From NCBI GenBank assembly GCA_017615655.1, contig JAFZZS010000005.1:80445-144444 (forward strand): a stretch of DNA of 64,000 nucleotides. Direction: 5' to 3'. The DNA comes from Alphaproteobacteria bacterium. Lineage in GTDB: Bacteria; Pseudomonadota; Alphaproteobacteria; Rs-D84. Positions 39,930 through 49,161 of this stretch are shown here, one piece after another (within the stretch, counting starts at the first letter, position 1; each line of letters opens with the position of its first letter). Under the pieces are notes generated by a model. The model was not told the DNA's origin and did no database searches. It worked only from the letters and a program-made list of their open reading frames with translations. Made by a program: the position numbers and the translations under genes.

Positions 39930-40604
39930 ATGAATAAAAGTTTCTTTGCCTTTATATTGGTTTTATTATCTGCATGCGCAGGGTACAAAAGTCCAGATCG
40001 TGCGACATGGGGAACATACCTGCATGGCGCAAGTTTTACTGATATGACTGCCAGTGCACAAATTGCAAAAAAACCGATATACCTTGGTGATGGTGGGCGG
40101 ACAGTTTCTGATTCAATTGATAAAAATGCCGAGATGAATTATGGCGATAAATCTGATAACGAATCGGCGATGAATATAAAGTATATGTCCGAACTAGAAT
40201 ACAAATTATATGACGCATTGCGTCGTCCAGGGATGTCAGTACAACGTGCCGGAACAGATGTCGTAATTATTTTGGTTCGTGACGCCATTATGGAATTAAA
40301 TGCGCCGGAAATATCCACGGATGGTGATGAAAACCTTGGGACCATTGCAAAAATATTGAAAAAATATGATGCTACATTTATTGAAATCGCCGGATATACC
40401 GATTCCATGCGTGACGCATCTGCGGCGCGCGCATTCACATTAGATATGGCGGAAAGGGTGGGGGTATATCTTGCGCAGCATGGGGTTAAACAGACGCGCA
40501 TGTTTATTACTGGACGTGGTTCTGCGCGCCCGATTGCATCACAAGATGAATGGGGGCGTTTAACAAACCGTCGTGTTGAAATACGAATCACGCCCGTGCG
40601 ATAA
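39930..40604 (+). CDS. OmpA-family lipoprotein
   Basis: Lipobox LSAC, GYTDS, G.GSARPIA, NRRVEI. Confidence 0.88.
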   Translation: MNKSFFAFILVLLSACAGYKSPDRATWGTYLHGASFTDMTASAQIAKKPIYLGDGGRTVSDSIDKNAEMNYGDKSDNESAMNIKYMSELEYKLYDALRRPGMSVQRAGTDVVIILVRDAIMELNAPEISTDGDENLGTIAKILKKYDATFIEIAGYTDSMRDASAARAFTLDMAERVGVYLAQHGVKQTRMFITGRGSARPIASQDEWGRLTNRRVEIRITPVR

Positions 40605-40682
40605 TTTCTGATAAGTTTCTCTTTTATTTTATAAATTTTATTGCTATAGTGAACTCGTTAACAAAACAAAAAGGATGAAAAC

Positions 40683-41345
40683 ATGGTCGAAACAAAAACA
40701 AATACTGAAAATTCAGTTGTAAAAAAGTATGTCAAATTTGGCATTGTTGCTGCGGTGATAGTTATTATTGCTATCATTGGTATTTTTGCACTTCGCGGTG
40801 GTAAGAATGTTAGTGCCGCCGAAGCAGTCAGCGAAGTTACCACAGATGCACCTACGGGCGCGGATCTTCGTTTAGCAGTAATTCGTATGGACGCAATTCA
40901 AACAGATGCCAAGGCATTACAGGATTTGCGCAAACAAAAAGAATCATACGAAGATAAATTGCGCAGTGAATTAGAAAAGAAACAAAAAGCATTGGAAAAA
41001 GAAAAAGCAGAAATTGAAAAATCTCAAGACGTTTTGTCGCGTGATGCATTGCAACGTCGCGTTGTTGAATATCAAGGCAAGGTTACAAAATTGCAACGTG
41101 AATTAACTGAACGTGCACAATCAATCGAAGCTTCTTTCCAAAAGGCGCTTGGCAGTATCCAAGAAAAACATCTTGACCCGGTTATTGGTGCAATCATCGA
41201 AAAGAAAAATCTGTCTTTGGTTATCGATGGTCGTTTTGCACGTACAGGTGTAAACGTTAACAACTTGGATATCACAGATGAAGTTATTAATGCATTGGAT
41301 AAAAAGGTTTCATCATTCAAAATGGATAAACCAAAAGGCTTTTAA
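40683..41345 (+). CDS. skp: Skp/OmpH periplasmic chaperone with N-terminal anchor
   Basis: LAVIRMDAI, long coiled coil, LDITDEVI..LD; upstream of lpxD. Confidence 0.85.
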   Translation: MVETKTNTENSVVKKYVKFGIVAAVIVIIAIIGIFALRGGKNVSAAEAVSEVTTDAPTGADLRLAVIRMDAIQTDAKALQDLRKQKESYEDKLRSELEKKQKALEKEKAEIEKSQDVLSRDALQRRVVEYQGKVTKLQRELTERAQSIEASFQKALGSIQEKHLDPVIGAIIEKKNLSLVIDGRFARTGVNVNNLDITDEVINALDKKVSSFKMDKPKGF

Positions 41346-41353
41346 TTAGTCAT

Positions 41354-41433
41354 TAGTATATAATGGTTAGTGATTTCTGGAATATCTTTACAATCATGTA
41401 TGCTTTCCGGAAATTTACTAACCATTAATACTA
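41354..41433. repeat. Imperfect inverted repeat, about 28-bp arms
   Basis: tagtatataatggttagtgatttctggaa ... ttccggaaatttactaaccattaatacta, with a 22-nt spacer. Confidence 0.75.
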
Positions 41434-41457
41434 GTTATTAAATAGTTTGGGGCGATT

Positions 41458-42504
41458 ATGCTAGAAATAATAAAATCTTTGTTTGGTCCGCGAGCAAATA
41501 AAACTACTGCGGGTGAGATTGCCAAAAAATTTGGTTTGGAATTACGTGGTAATCCTGATGTGATTGTAAGTGGTGTTGCACCGATTGCAGATGCACGCCC
41601 AGGGCAAATTGCTTTTTATTCTACGGAACAAAATACAAATGCGTTTAAAATATTACCAATAACAGTTTTGGAAAATACGCGTGCATCTGTAATTTTATTA
41701 CAACCAGAAACCGTATCACATGCACCGACGGGTGCAACGTTACTTGTTTGTAAAAGTCCGCGCGGTGAAATTGTAAAAATTCTTGGTGAAATATATCGTG
41801 AGGCCCCACGTCGTGGTGTGTCCGCAGATGCGTACATAGAAAGTGGCGTATTCTTTCGTAATAAACGCAGTGTTTATGTTGGTCAATTTTCAACAATTGA
41901 GCGCGGAACAGTAATCGAACCAGATGTGAAAATATACCCAAATGTATATATCGGAAAAAATGTTACAATTGGACGTGGAACAATAGTGTATTCTGGGGCT
42001 CATATTGAAAATGCTACAATTGGTGCCGAGTGTGTGATTCATAATGGGGCATCTATTGGCAAAGATGGTTTTGGATATACACGCCAAGACGGTCATAATG
42101 TGTTTATTCCGCACGTTGCTCGTGTTGTTTTAGGTGATCGTGTTTCTGTTGGTGCAAATACCTGCATAGACAGGGGCGCGTTAACTGATACAATGGTCGG
42201 TGACGGAACAAAGATAGATAATTTATGCCAGATTGCACATGGGGTCATTATCGGTAAAGAATGTTTCTTGGCTGGTGGTGTTGGAATTGCCGGTGGTGTC
42301 AAAATTGGTGATCGGGCATTGTTGGCTGGACATGTTGGAATTGCAAATGGTGTAAAAATTGGTAATGATGCGGAAATTGGCGCAAATAGTGGGGTCTTTC
42401 GTGATGTCCCAGATGGTGCACGCCACATGGGATATCCTGCTGCCCCTGGAACAGAATTCTTACGTCATTACGCGTGGGTAAAAAAGCATGTAAATCAAGA
42501 TTAA
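41458..42504 (+). CDS. lpxD: UDP-3-O-acyl-glucosamine N-acyltransferase LpxD
   Basis: Hexapeptide repeats, IG.DGFGY, DRGAL.DT, KIDNL.QIAH. Confidence 0.93.
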   Translation: MLEIIKSLFGPRANKTTAGEIAKKFGLELRGNPDVIVSGVAPIADARPGQIAFYSTEQNTNAFKILPITVLENTRASVILLQPETVSHAPTGATLLVCKSPRGEIVKILGEIYREAPRRGVSADAYIESGVFFRNKRSVYVGQFSTIERGTVIEPDVKIYPNVYIGKNVTIGRGTIVYSGAHIENATIGAECVIHNGASIGKDGFGYTRQDGHNVFIPHVARVVLGDRVSVGANTCIDRGALTDTMVGDGTKIDNLCQIAHGVIIGKECFLAGGVGIAGGVKIGDRALLAGHVGIANGVKIGNDAEIGANSGVFRDVPDGARHMGYPAAPGTEFLRHYAWVKKHVNQD

Positions 42505-42515
42505 AAGGGTTGTAA

Positions 42516-42956
42516 ATGATAGATGCAAAGGGTATAGAGAAAGTTATACCACACCGTGGTGATATGCGCCTTGTTGATGAAATTCGTGAATTCACCGATA
42601 AAAGTGCGGTAGGGGTCAAATATGTGGGTAAGGATGAATTTTGGTGCGCAGGTCATTTCCCAGTGAAATCAATTATGCCTGGCGTTTTGATTATCGAGGC
42701 ATTGGCGCAAACCGCATGTTTTATGGTCATGGGTTCAGGGGGTAATAATGATGGTAAAATGCTAGGATATTTTGTTTCAATTGAAAGCGCCCGTTTTTCT
42801 CATATGGTTTTACCTGGTGATACATTAGAATTGCACGTTGAAGAGATTGCGGCAAAATTAAAGATGCATAAATTCGTTGGAAATGCGTTTGTAAATGGTG
42901 TACGTGTAGCATCCGCAACTTTTTCCGCAATAATGGACTGTGAACCCAAAATTTAA
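42516..42956 (+). CDS. fabZ: 3-hydroxyacyl-ACP dehydratase FabZ
   Basis: IPHR..LVD, GHFP...MPGVLIIEALAQ, V.PGD.L. Confidence 0.95.
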   Translation: MIDAKGIEKVIPHRGDMRLVDEIREFTDKSAVGVKYVGKDEFWCAGHFPVKSIMPGVLIIEALAQTACFMVMGSGGNNDGKMLGYFVSIESARFSHMVLPGDTLELHVEEIAAKLKMHKFVGNAFVNGVRVASATFSAIMDCEPKI

Positions 42957-42980
42957 AAAATGCCCTGATGGGCATTTTTT
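42955..42980. terminator. Bidirectional terminator
   Basis: A6-tgccc-tgat-gggca-T6. Confidence 0.8.
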
Positions 42981-43492
42981 CATATCTCGATACCCAGAAA
43001 TAATTTTGCGCCTTCACCAATTAGAAATGCGATTGATGTCACTGCGGCGCAAATGATTAACATTCGCGCAAGGCACGACCAGAATTGTGTGCCACAAAGT
43101 TTAGACTTTATAAAATTAAAAAAGAAGATTATTGCGATGGCGGTTATATATGTCATCGTAATTGCAATAAAAGGATTGTTAATTAACAGAAAAGGTATTA
43201 ATAGCATACTTGCGGTAAATAAATATGCGATGCCTGTCGACATACCATGCCAGATTGCGATTTCTGAATTATTTTCATGTTTCGCCAAATATTGAGAGGC
43301 GGCCATAGATAATGCGGCACTGCATGATGCAATAATACCTGTCAGTAAAACCACATGCGCGGATGCAGATGCGAATACTAAACCAGTAATTAAACCAATT
43401 GTCGATACAATTGCATCATGCATTCCCAGTATGATTGAATCCCAAAAATAATTTTTACATTGCATAGGTAAAAAATAATCGAAAAAATACAT
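42980..43492 (-). CDS. VIT1/CCC1-family membrane protein
   Basis: ILGMHDAIV...GL, AALSMAASQYL, several TM helices. Confidence 0.8.
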   Translation of the reverse strand: MYFFDYFLPMQCKNYFWDSIILGMHDAIVSTIGLITGLVFASASAHVVLLTGIIASCSAALSMAASQYLAKHENNSEIAIWHGMSTGIAYLFTASMLLIPFLLINNPFIAITMTYITAIAIIFFFNFIKSKLCGTQFWSCLARMLIICAAVTSIAFLIGEGAKLFLGIEI

Positions 43493-43516
43493 TCGATTCT
43501 ATCGGAAGATAATCAT

Positions 43517-43549
43517 AAAAAAATCCCCCAAAATATATGGGGGATTTTT
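43517..43549 (-). terminator. Terminator after the lpoB-like gene
   Basis: A7-tccccca-aaatata-tggggga-T5. Confidence 0.8.
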
Positions 43550-43563
43550 AATTCAAGATAATC

Positions 43564-44181
43564 TTACCATGTTGGTGCATGATCACCTTCTTTGACGATT
43601 GGTTGTTCATCTTCCCATACAGAAAGTCCGGTTTTTACATCGCTTAATGTCAATTGCAGATAATATTCAACACGGGTATCCACAGACGAGAACCAACCTG
43701 AATTTAACTTTAAGTTACGTTGAATCATTTTACCTGTTAGTGACATATTTGGCGCGATCAGCGTCCCTTTGCCAACAATTGTTGATGCATCATATTCTGC
43801 GTTGCCACGCGTTTCACGAACCGCATAAGTTGTTTCATCTTCGGCGGATTTATAATTTTTAAATCCTGTGGTAACCTGGGCGCGACCAGAATTAACTAAT
43901 GTTTTGCGAATCTTTTTAATCAAAATATCTGTATCAAAGCGTTGCATAGTATCGTTTTTAATTTCACCAATAGCAATTACTGGATTCTTTATGCGTGCAA
44001 ATGCGCCACTTGCTAACATAGAATTCGTCATTTTCTCTGCGGTTGCCGTCCAATCACGATATTCCAATTCCATAACATTTTGCATTGCGGCGACTTCTTC
44101 GGAATTGTTAAGGTCAACAACAGTTGTTTCCCCACAGCCACAAAGAACAGCACACAAAGCAATTGGTAATATTTTTTTCAT
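43564..44181 (-). CDS. lpoB: PBP activator LpoB-like lipoprotein
   Basis: Lipobox LCGC, I.N.T...FDTD.L..KIR..L..SG, Y.LQLTL.D..TG..VW. Confidence 0.8.
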   Translation of the reverse strand: MKKILPIALCAVLCGCGETTVVDLNNSEEVAAMQNVMELEYRDWTATAEKMTNSMLASGAFARIKNPVIAIGEIKNDTMQRFDTDILIKKIRKTLVNSGRAQVTTGFKNYKSAEDETTYAVRETRGNAEYDASTIVGKGTLIAPNMSLTGKMIQRNLKLNSGWFSSVDTRVEYYLQLTLSDVKTGLSVWEDEQPIVKEGDHAPTW

Positions 44182-44196
44182 GTTTTCCCCCTTGGT

Positions 44197-45435
44197 TTAT
44201 TTTAATTTCATTGTTTTAATGTCATATTTACCCATTGCAGAACGAACATAGATTAGATAATTTCCATTCGTTCCCACTGAAATCTTTTTAATAACATTAC
44301 CATTTGAATATAATTCAATCAAGCCACTTTTATTGTTCGGTACACGTAATACAGATATTGTTTTTGGTAGTGTTGCCCATGTGCGTACCTCGGCACTATT
44401 GGTAAATTCAGAATAAAGTGTAGATATTATGCCAAGCAACGGGGCGGTGTCAGAATGCGAATTATAAAGTGATGTTTGCAACGCCACGCGTGATATGGCG
44501 GATGTAAATGCACGTAACGCATCATTCGTTCTGTATTCAGTGTATTCTGTCATAAACATTGCATCAACATCGGATAAAATTTCTGCGGTATCTATTTTTG
44601 TCTGTGATTCAATGAATTGTGGTTCTGAAATAGCAATGGTTACCAATGTTGCCCCCCGACCAGCAGAAATTGGTAAACTAACGCGTTTTTCAGTTAATTT
44701 TGGTGCAAAACTATCCTCGATAAAAATCCAAACAGTATTATTTGGTTTTTGTTTTAATTCTGCCAACTTTAAATCACGTACAATAAAATTATTTTCTGGC
44801 ATCATACCATTAGCGCGACGCAAATATGTAATTGCATCTGAAAAATCACTGGATGTTAAAAAGTATATACCAGATAGGTACATTAATGCTGGATTCATAA
44901 TATCACGATATGCCGTCCATTGTGAATTATCATTTTTGAGTGTTTGTAACAGGTCGCTTTCATCAGAAATTTTTGATTGATTGGATTCAATTAGCTTTTT
45001 ATAGGCTATGGACATATCTTGTTGCCGAGCGTACGACTGGTTTATTATCACACGTGCATCATCCCAACGTGAATCAGAAATTGCTGCCAGCAACTGATAA
45101 TAAGATACAAACAGCGAATCCATCATATATGGTCTATAGTCATTTGCATTGGTACCAAGGGTTAAGGTTTTCGCTTCGCGCAGTATGTTACCATCAACGA
45201 TTTTAAGATTTCTTTTATTAAATATTTCATATGCCTTATCTGCATTGGTTATATCACCCTGGTGAAAAAGTGCATCTGCAGTTATAAGTAATTCAAGATT
45301 ATTTTTATCTTCTAGTTCTGTATCTGCAGTCGATTCCATATAATTTGTACGGATACTATCAAGGTGCGATTCAACTGTGGCACTGCAACTAATCAACAAG
45401 AGGGCGAAAATTAAAAGAGATAATATTTTACGCAT
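44197..45435 (-). CDS. COG3014-like TPR lipoprotein
   Basis: Lipobox LISC, YRPY, NPA..YLSG, EVRTWATLP; adjacent to lpoB. Confidence 0.7.
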   Translation of the reverse strand: MRKILSLLIFALLLISCSATVESHLDSIRTNYMESTADTELEDKNNLELLITADALFHQGDITNADKAYEIFNKRNLKIVDGNILREAKTLTLGTNANDYRPYMMDSLFVSYYQLLAAISDSRWDDARVIINQSYARQQDMSIAYKKLIESNQSKISDESDLLQTLKNDNSQWTAYRDIMNPALMYLSGIYFLTSSDFSDAITYLRRANGMMPENNFIVRDLKLAELKQKPNNTVWIFIEDSFAPKLTEKRVSLPISAGRGATLVTIAISEPQFIESQTKIDTAEILSDVDAMFMTEYTEYRTNDALRAFTSAISRVALQTSLYNSHSDTAPLLGIISTLYSEFTNSAEVRTWATLPKTISVLRVPNNKSGLIELYSNGNVIKKISVGTNGNYLIYVRSAMGKYDIKTMKLK

Positions 45436-45437
45436 TG

Positions 45438-47696
45438 TTATAATGTGACTGGGGTCAAATCTTTCAATTCGTTTGTCTGAGGGTTATAATACCGTGGTAT
45501 ACCTGCGTATTCCAAAATTGCATGATGTGTCGGTATAAGGAATTCCGGTAATGGTGATGACCGCCCCATCTTTATATACGATGCCATTTTCGGATCGCTG
45601 AATGCCATGCGCATTTCAGCTTTGATTGGACGATGGTTATAACCTTCGTATAATATAACTGCTTCGGCAGGTTTTCCACCAACAGTGACTTTAAGTTTCA
45701 TTAAATCAAATGCACTAAATACTGGTTCTTCCTTCTTTTCTTTGTTTTCGGTTTCTTTGCCGTCAGGTCCCTTGACCTTTTTCTTTTCGGTGGTTATCTT
45801 CATTGGCATCATATCAGCAAAGCGTTTTGCTGTATCTATGTCGTTTTGACGGAATACAATCTTGGCAGCAGTAGTTGACATGATTGTCGAAGCGGCGTCT
45901 GGACCATATTTCTCTTGAATTTGGTGTATGTCCTGACCGATGAACATATACGATATTTTTTGGCTACGGCCGACGTCTGGTCCCTGAATAACAGCTTGCA
46001 TCTTTTGCATTTTTGGCATTTCATCAAGCAAGAATAACACTGGATAGGGTCCCATTTTTTCGCCACTGCGTCCAATCGCGTCAGGTGGATTTGCAAGCAA
46101 GAAATTAGACATTGTCTCAACAAACATTGATGTAATTGGGGTTAACGCCTTGGCATCCACCATATTCACCGACAGGTAAACCGTGACAGGTTTCATTTTG
46201 CCGTCTCGGGGGTCAACCATTCCACGCATATCACAAAAATGAAAATCAGAGTGGCTAGTACGATTGCGGACGGCAGCATTACGGAATATTGCAAGCCCGG
46301 TCAAAATCGTTGAAATAATAGAACCACGTTCTGTTGAAGGTGTGTTAGCAAGCTTTGTTAACTCAGCAATTGCACGATTAGAGTATGCAAAAGAACGACA
46401 TTCGTTCACGGCACTTTCTAACCAATCTTTCATTGGATCCGCCATCATAACGGTTTGGTCCCCTTGTTTTTGACGTTCGGCCAAATCGGCAGCAACGGAA
46501 ATTTGTGCTTCGGTCATCCAATCTAACATCATTGAAAACGATGCTTCTTTACCTAGCCATGCTTGTGGTATATTTGCCCATGTACCGATATGAACATAAT
46601 TCATTGCATTCAATTCGCCTTTGTTAATCATTCCCATTGCGGCGAATGCGTTTGGATCGTTTACCATGGAAAAATAATAGTCTGATAAAACTGCCGCGTC
46701 ATCCGCATCAAATGTTCCAGATTGCAGGCGACTATAGAAATAATCATCTGCCTTGGCTCGTTCAATTTTAGAAACGATAAACTGTATAAATCCGGCAAGT
46801 CCAGCGCGTCCAGCTTGGGTCCAGTGCGGATCGGCGCTGCTGCCTACGGCATCTGGAACTAGCACATCACAGATATAGTCAACATACAATTCGCGTTGTT
46901 CAGTACTGAATGGTATATGCCCTGGTGAAAGCGGATTCCACGATGGATAATAAATACCTTTTTCGGGTTCATCTTGCCCCGCCCAGTTCATAATAAACAC
47001 CGGTCCGACTTTTTCGGAACGATAGCCACTGGAATAGACATCTATTTCTGGTTTTGGGTCGTTTATAATCATCGAAACTTCTGGACATTCAAAAATAGTT
47101 GGCAACACAATACCTTGTGTTTTACCGGTTCCCGGAGGCGCTAAACAAAGAATAGAAGTTGTTTTTGGTAGTTTTAATGGTTTTTTCTTAAAATACCCAA
47201 GAACCATCATAAAACCATCAAATAATCCCATTTCTTTGACGTCTTTTTCATTTGCTTCGCGTCCAGATTTTTTATCGTATTCATCTTTTCCGTTGGGATT
47301 GAATTCTTTTTTTAATGTATCATCATTTAGCAAAAAGAACGCAATTATCGGGAAAAATGGAACGATGCATGCAAAGTCTGGATGCATGATACAGCGCAAC
47401 ACCCAATAAGGAATTTCGGCAACAACTGACAGTCCAAGGCTTGAAAAAGCGTTTACCAGATAAATTTTTATCCAAACGGCTGTTGCTGGTGACCAACCAT
47501 ACCGCCAGATGTGTTCTAAAATGAATGATGCGCAAAACGCAATAGCACATATAATCCACACAATAACAGCCCAACGCAATGCCCAAAACGTCTGTGCCAT
47601 TGGGGTTTGTTCGTGTTCTTTATAGGCACTGGATTTGAATATATTCAAACCCTTGCTATCTTTGCCTGCAGATAAAATCTTGAACTTTTCAACCAT
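45438..47696 (-). CDS. virD4: VirD4/TraG-like type IV coupling protein
   Basis: Two N-terminal TM regions, Walker A APPGTGKT, DPKPE, WNPL, DPHW, Walker B LLDE, GRS.KI, Q...KYG. Confidence 0.88.
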   Translation of the reverse strand: MVEKFKILSAGKDSKGLNIFKSSAYKEHEQTPMAQTFWALRWAVIVWIICAIAFCASFILEHIWRYGWSPATAVWIKIYLVNAFSSLGLSVVAEIPYWVLRCIMHPDFACIVPFFPIIAFFLLNDDTLKKEFNPNGKDEYDKKSGREANEKDVKEMGLFDGFMMVLGYFKKKPLKLPKTTSILCLAPPGTGKTQGIVLPTIFECPEVSMIINDPKPEIDVYSSGYRSEKVGPVFIMNWAGQDEPEKGIYYPSWNPLSPGHIPFSTEQRELYVDYICDVLVPDAVGSSADPHWTQAGRAGLAGFIQFIVSKIERAKADDYFYSRLQSGTFDADDAAVLSDYYFSMVNDPNAFAAMGMINKGELNAMNYVHIGTWANIPQAWLGKEASFSMMLDWMTEAQISVAADLAERQKQGDQTVMMADPMKDWLESAVNECRSFAYSNRAIAELTKLANTPSTERGSIISTILTGLAIFRNAAVRNRTSHSDFHFCDMRGMVDPRDGKMKPVTVYLSVNMVDAKALTPITSMFVETMSNFLLANPPDAIGRSGEKMGPYPVLFLLDEMPKMQKMQAVIQGPDVGRSQKISYMFIGQDIHQIQEKYGPDAASTIMSTTAAKIVFRQNDIDTAKRFADMMPMKITTEKKKVKGPDGKETENKEKKEEPVFSAFDLMKLKVTVGGKPAEAVILYEGYNHRPIKAEMRMAFSDPKMASYIKMGRSSPLPEFLIPTHHAILEYAGIPRYYNPQTNELKDLTPVTL

Positions 47697-47753
47697 TGTG
47701 TTATGATTATATCAGAAAAAACAAATTTTATAAAGTGTGGAAATAAGTTTTTC

Positions 47754-48437
47754 ATGAAAAATGTTCCAAGAATTTTTGCGGGTGAAAATATAAAAACAGG
47801 TGATGTTTTACCAGCATCGCATGAGATATCGCATTATTTAACACATGTTATGCGAACAAAAGAATGCCTTGTTTTTGGAGGGGGCAATGAATTTGTTGGT
47901 GAATTATCCGATGATGGTAAAAGCATAATTGTTAAAGAAAAAACTGTCCACAACGATGTATCAAATGATATTACACTTTACTTTGCCCCAATTAAACGTA
48001 CTGATGATTTGATAAACATGGCAACCCAAATGGGAATTGCAAAATTCCAACCAGTTATTACTGAAAGAACGGTGAATAATCATGTGAATTGGGAACGCAT
48101 GAAGAAAATTGCGATTGAGGCCGCAGAACAATCTAATCGCAACAGCGTCCCTGAAATATTATCGCCGATACCCTTTGCAAAATTAAATTTATCAAATTTG
48201 TGTTTTGCAGATGAACGCTTTGCATATTTTGCAGATGAACGTTTTGCACATAATGACAAGAATTCTGCCGTGATTCCAAGTAGTATCAAAGGGGTTCTTA
48301 TTGGGCCTGAAGGTGGTTTTTCTGATAAAGAATTTTCTATATTAGATGCCGCAGGGGTAATACCAATATCACTGGGTAGGACAATTTTACGTGCCGAGGT
48401 CGCCGCCGTAATCGCAATAGAAAAGATAAGAAAATGA
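47754..48437 (+). CDS. rsmE: 16S rRNA m3U1498 methyltransferase RsmE
   Basis: HYLTHVMR, EAAEQS.R, IGPEGGFS, LGRTILRAEVA. Confidence 0.93.
   Translation: MKNVPRIFAGENIKTGDVLPASHEISHYLTHVMRTKECLVFGGGNEFVGELSDDGKSIIVKEKTVHNDVSNDITLYFAPIKRTDDLINMATQMGIAKFQPVITERTVNNHVNWERMKKIAIEAAEQSNRNSVPEILSPIPFAKLNLSNLCFADERFAYFADERFAHNDKNSAVIPSSIKGVLIGPEGGFSDKEFSILDAAGVIPISLGRTILRAEVAAVIAIEKIRK
48203..48250 (+). repeat. 24-nt in-frame tandem duplication within rsmE
   Basis: ttttgcagatgaacgctttgcata / ttttgcagatgaacgttttgcaca (FADERFAY-FADERFAH). Confidence 0.85.
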
Positions 48438-49135
48438 AGATGAGAATCGCAAAATTTATTGCGGATAGCGGGGTGACATCACGTCGGGGCGCGGAACAGA
48501 TAATTGCGGATGGACGTGTATCAGTGAATGGGATAACCATAAATACACCTGTATATTTTGTTGATGATAGTGACGAAATTAAAATTGATAACAAACGCAT
48601 AGAGCCACGTCATGACATCCGTGTTTATGCATTTCATAAACCCATAGATACCGTTACAACAACGCGTGATCCACGTGGGCGCAATACTATTTACGATGTA
48701 CTGCCACGTGAATATCATAACCTGCGATATGTTGGGCGCCTGGACTACAAAACTACGGGGCTCTTATTGATGACAAATGATGGATTATTGGCGCGTAAAT
48801 TGACACACCCCGATTCAAAAATCCCACGCGTATATGTCGCGGATGTTATTGGTACAAATATGTCAAAACTTGATAGAGCACGTCGTGGTGCCACAGTAGA
48901 TGGAATAAAATATCGGCCAATGAAAATAGAAATTATGCCAGATAAGCGTTTGCGTATAACTGTTATCGAGGGTAAAAAAAACGAAATTCGCATAGTTTTG
49001 AAATTTTGTGGCTTACCCGTGCGCACTTTACATCGAATAATGTATGGTCCAGTTAGTATAAAAAATATACCATCAGGAAAAATTGTTGAATTGGATGAAA
49101 AAACAATTGACGCGCTTATGAAATCTTCTCTATAA
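48434..49135 (+). CDS. RluB/RsuA-family rRNA pseudouridine synthase
   Basis: S4 domain SRRGAEQII..GRV.VNG, VGRLDYKTTGLLL.TNDG, EGKKNEIR. Confidence 0.92.
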   Translation: MKMRIAKFIADSGVTSRRGAEQIIADGRVSVNGITINTPVYFVDDSDEIKIDNKRIEPRHDIRVYAFHKPIDTVTTTRDPRGRNTIYDVLPREYHNLRYVGRLDYKTTGLLLMTNDGLLARKLTHPDSKIPRVYVADVIGTNMSKLDRARRGATVDGIKYRPMKIEIMPDKRLRITVIEGKKNEIRIVLKFCGLPVRTLHRIMYGPVSIKNIPSGKIVELDEKTIDALMKSSL

Positions 49136-49161
49136 TGCATTTATAAGGAAGGGAGTTTCAC

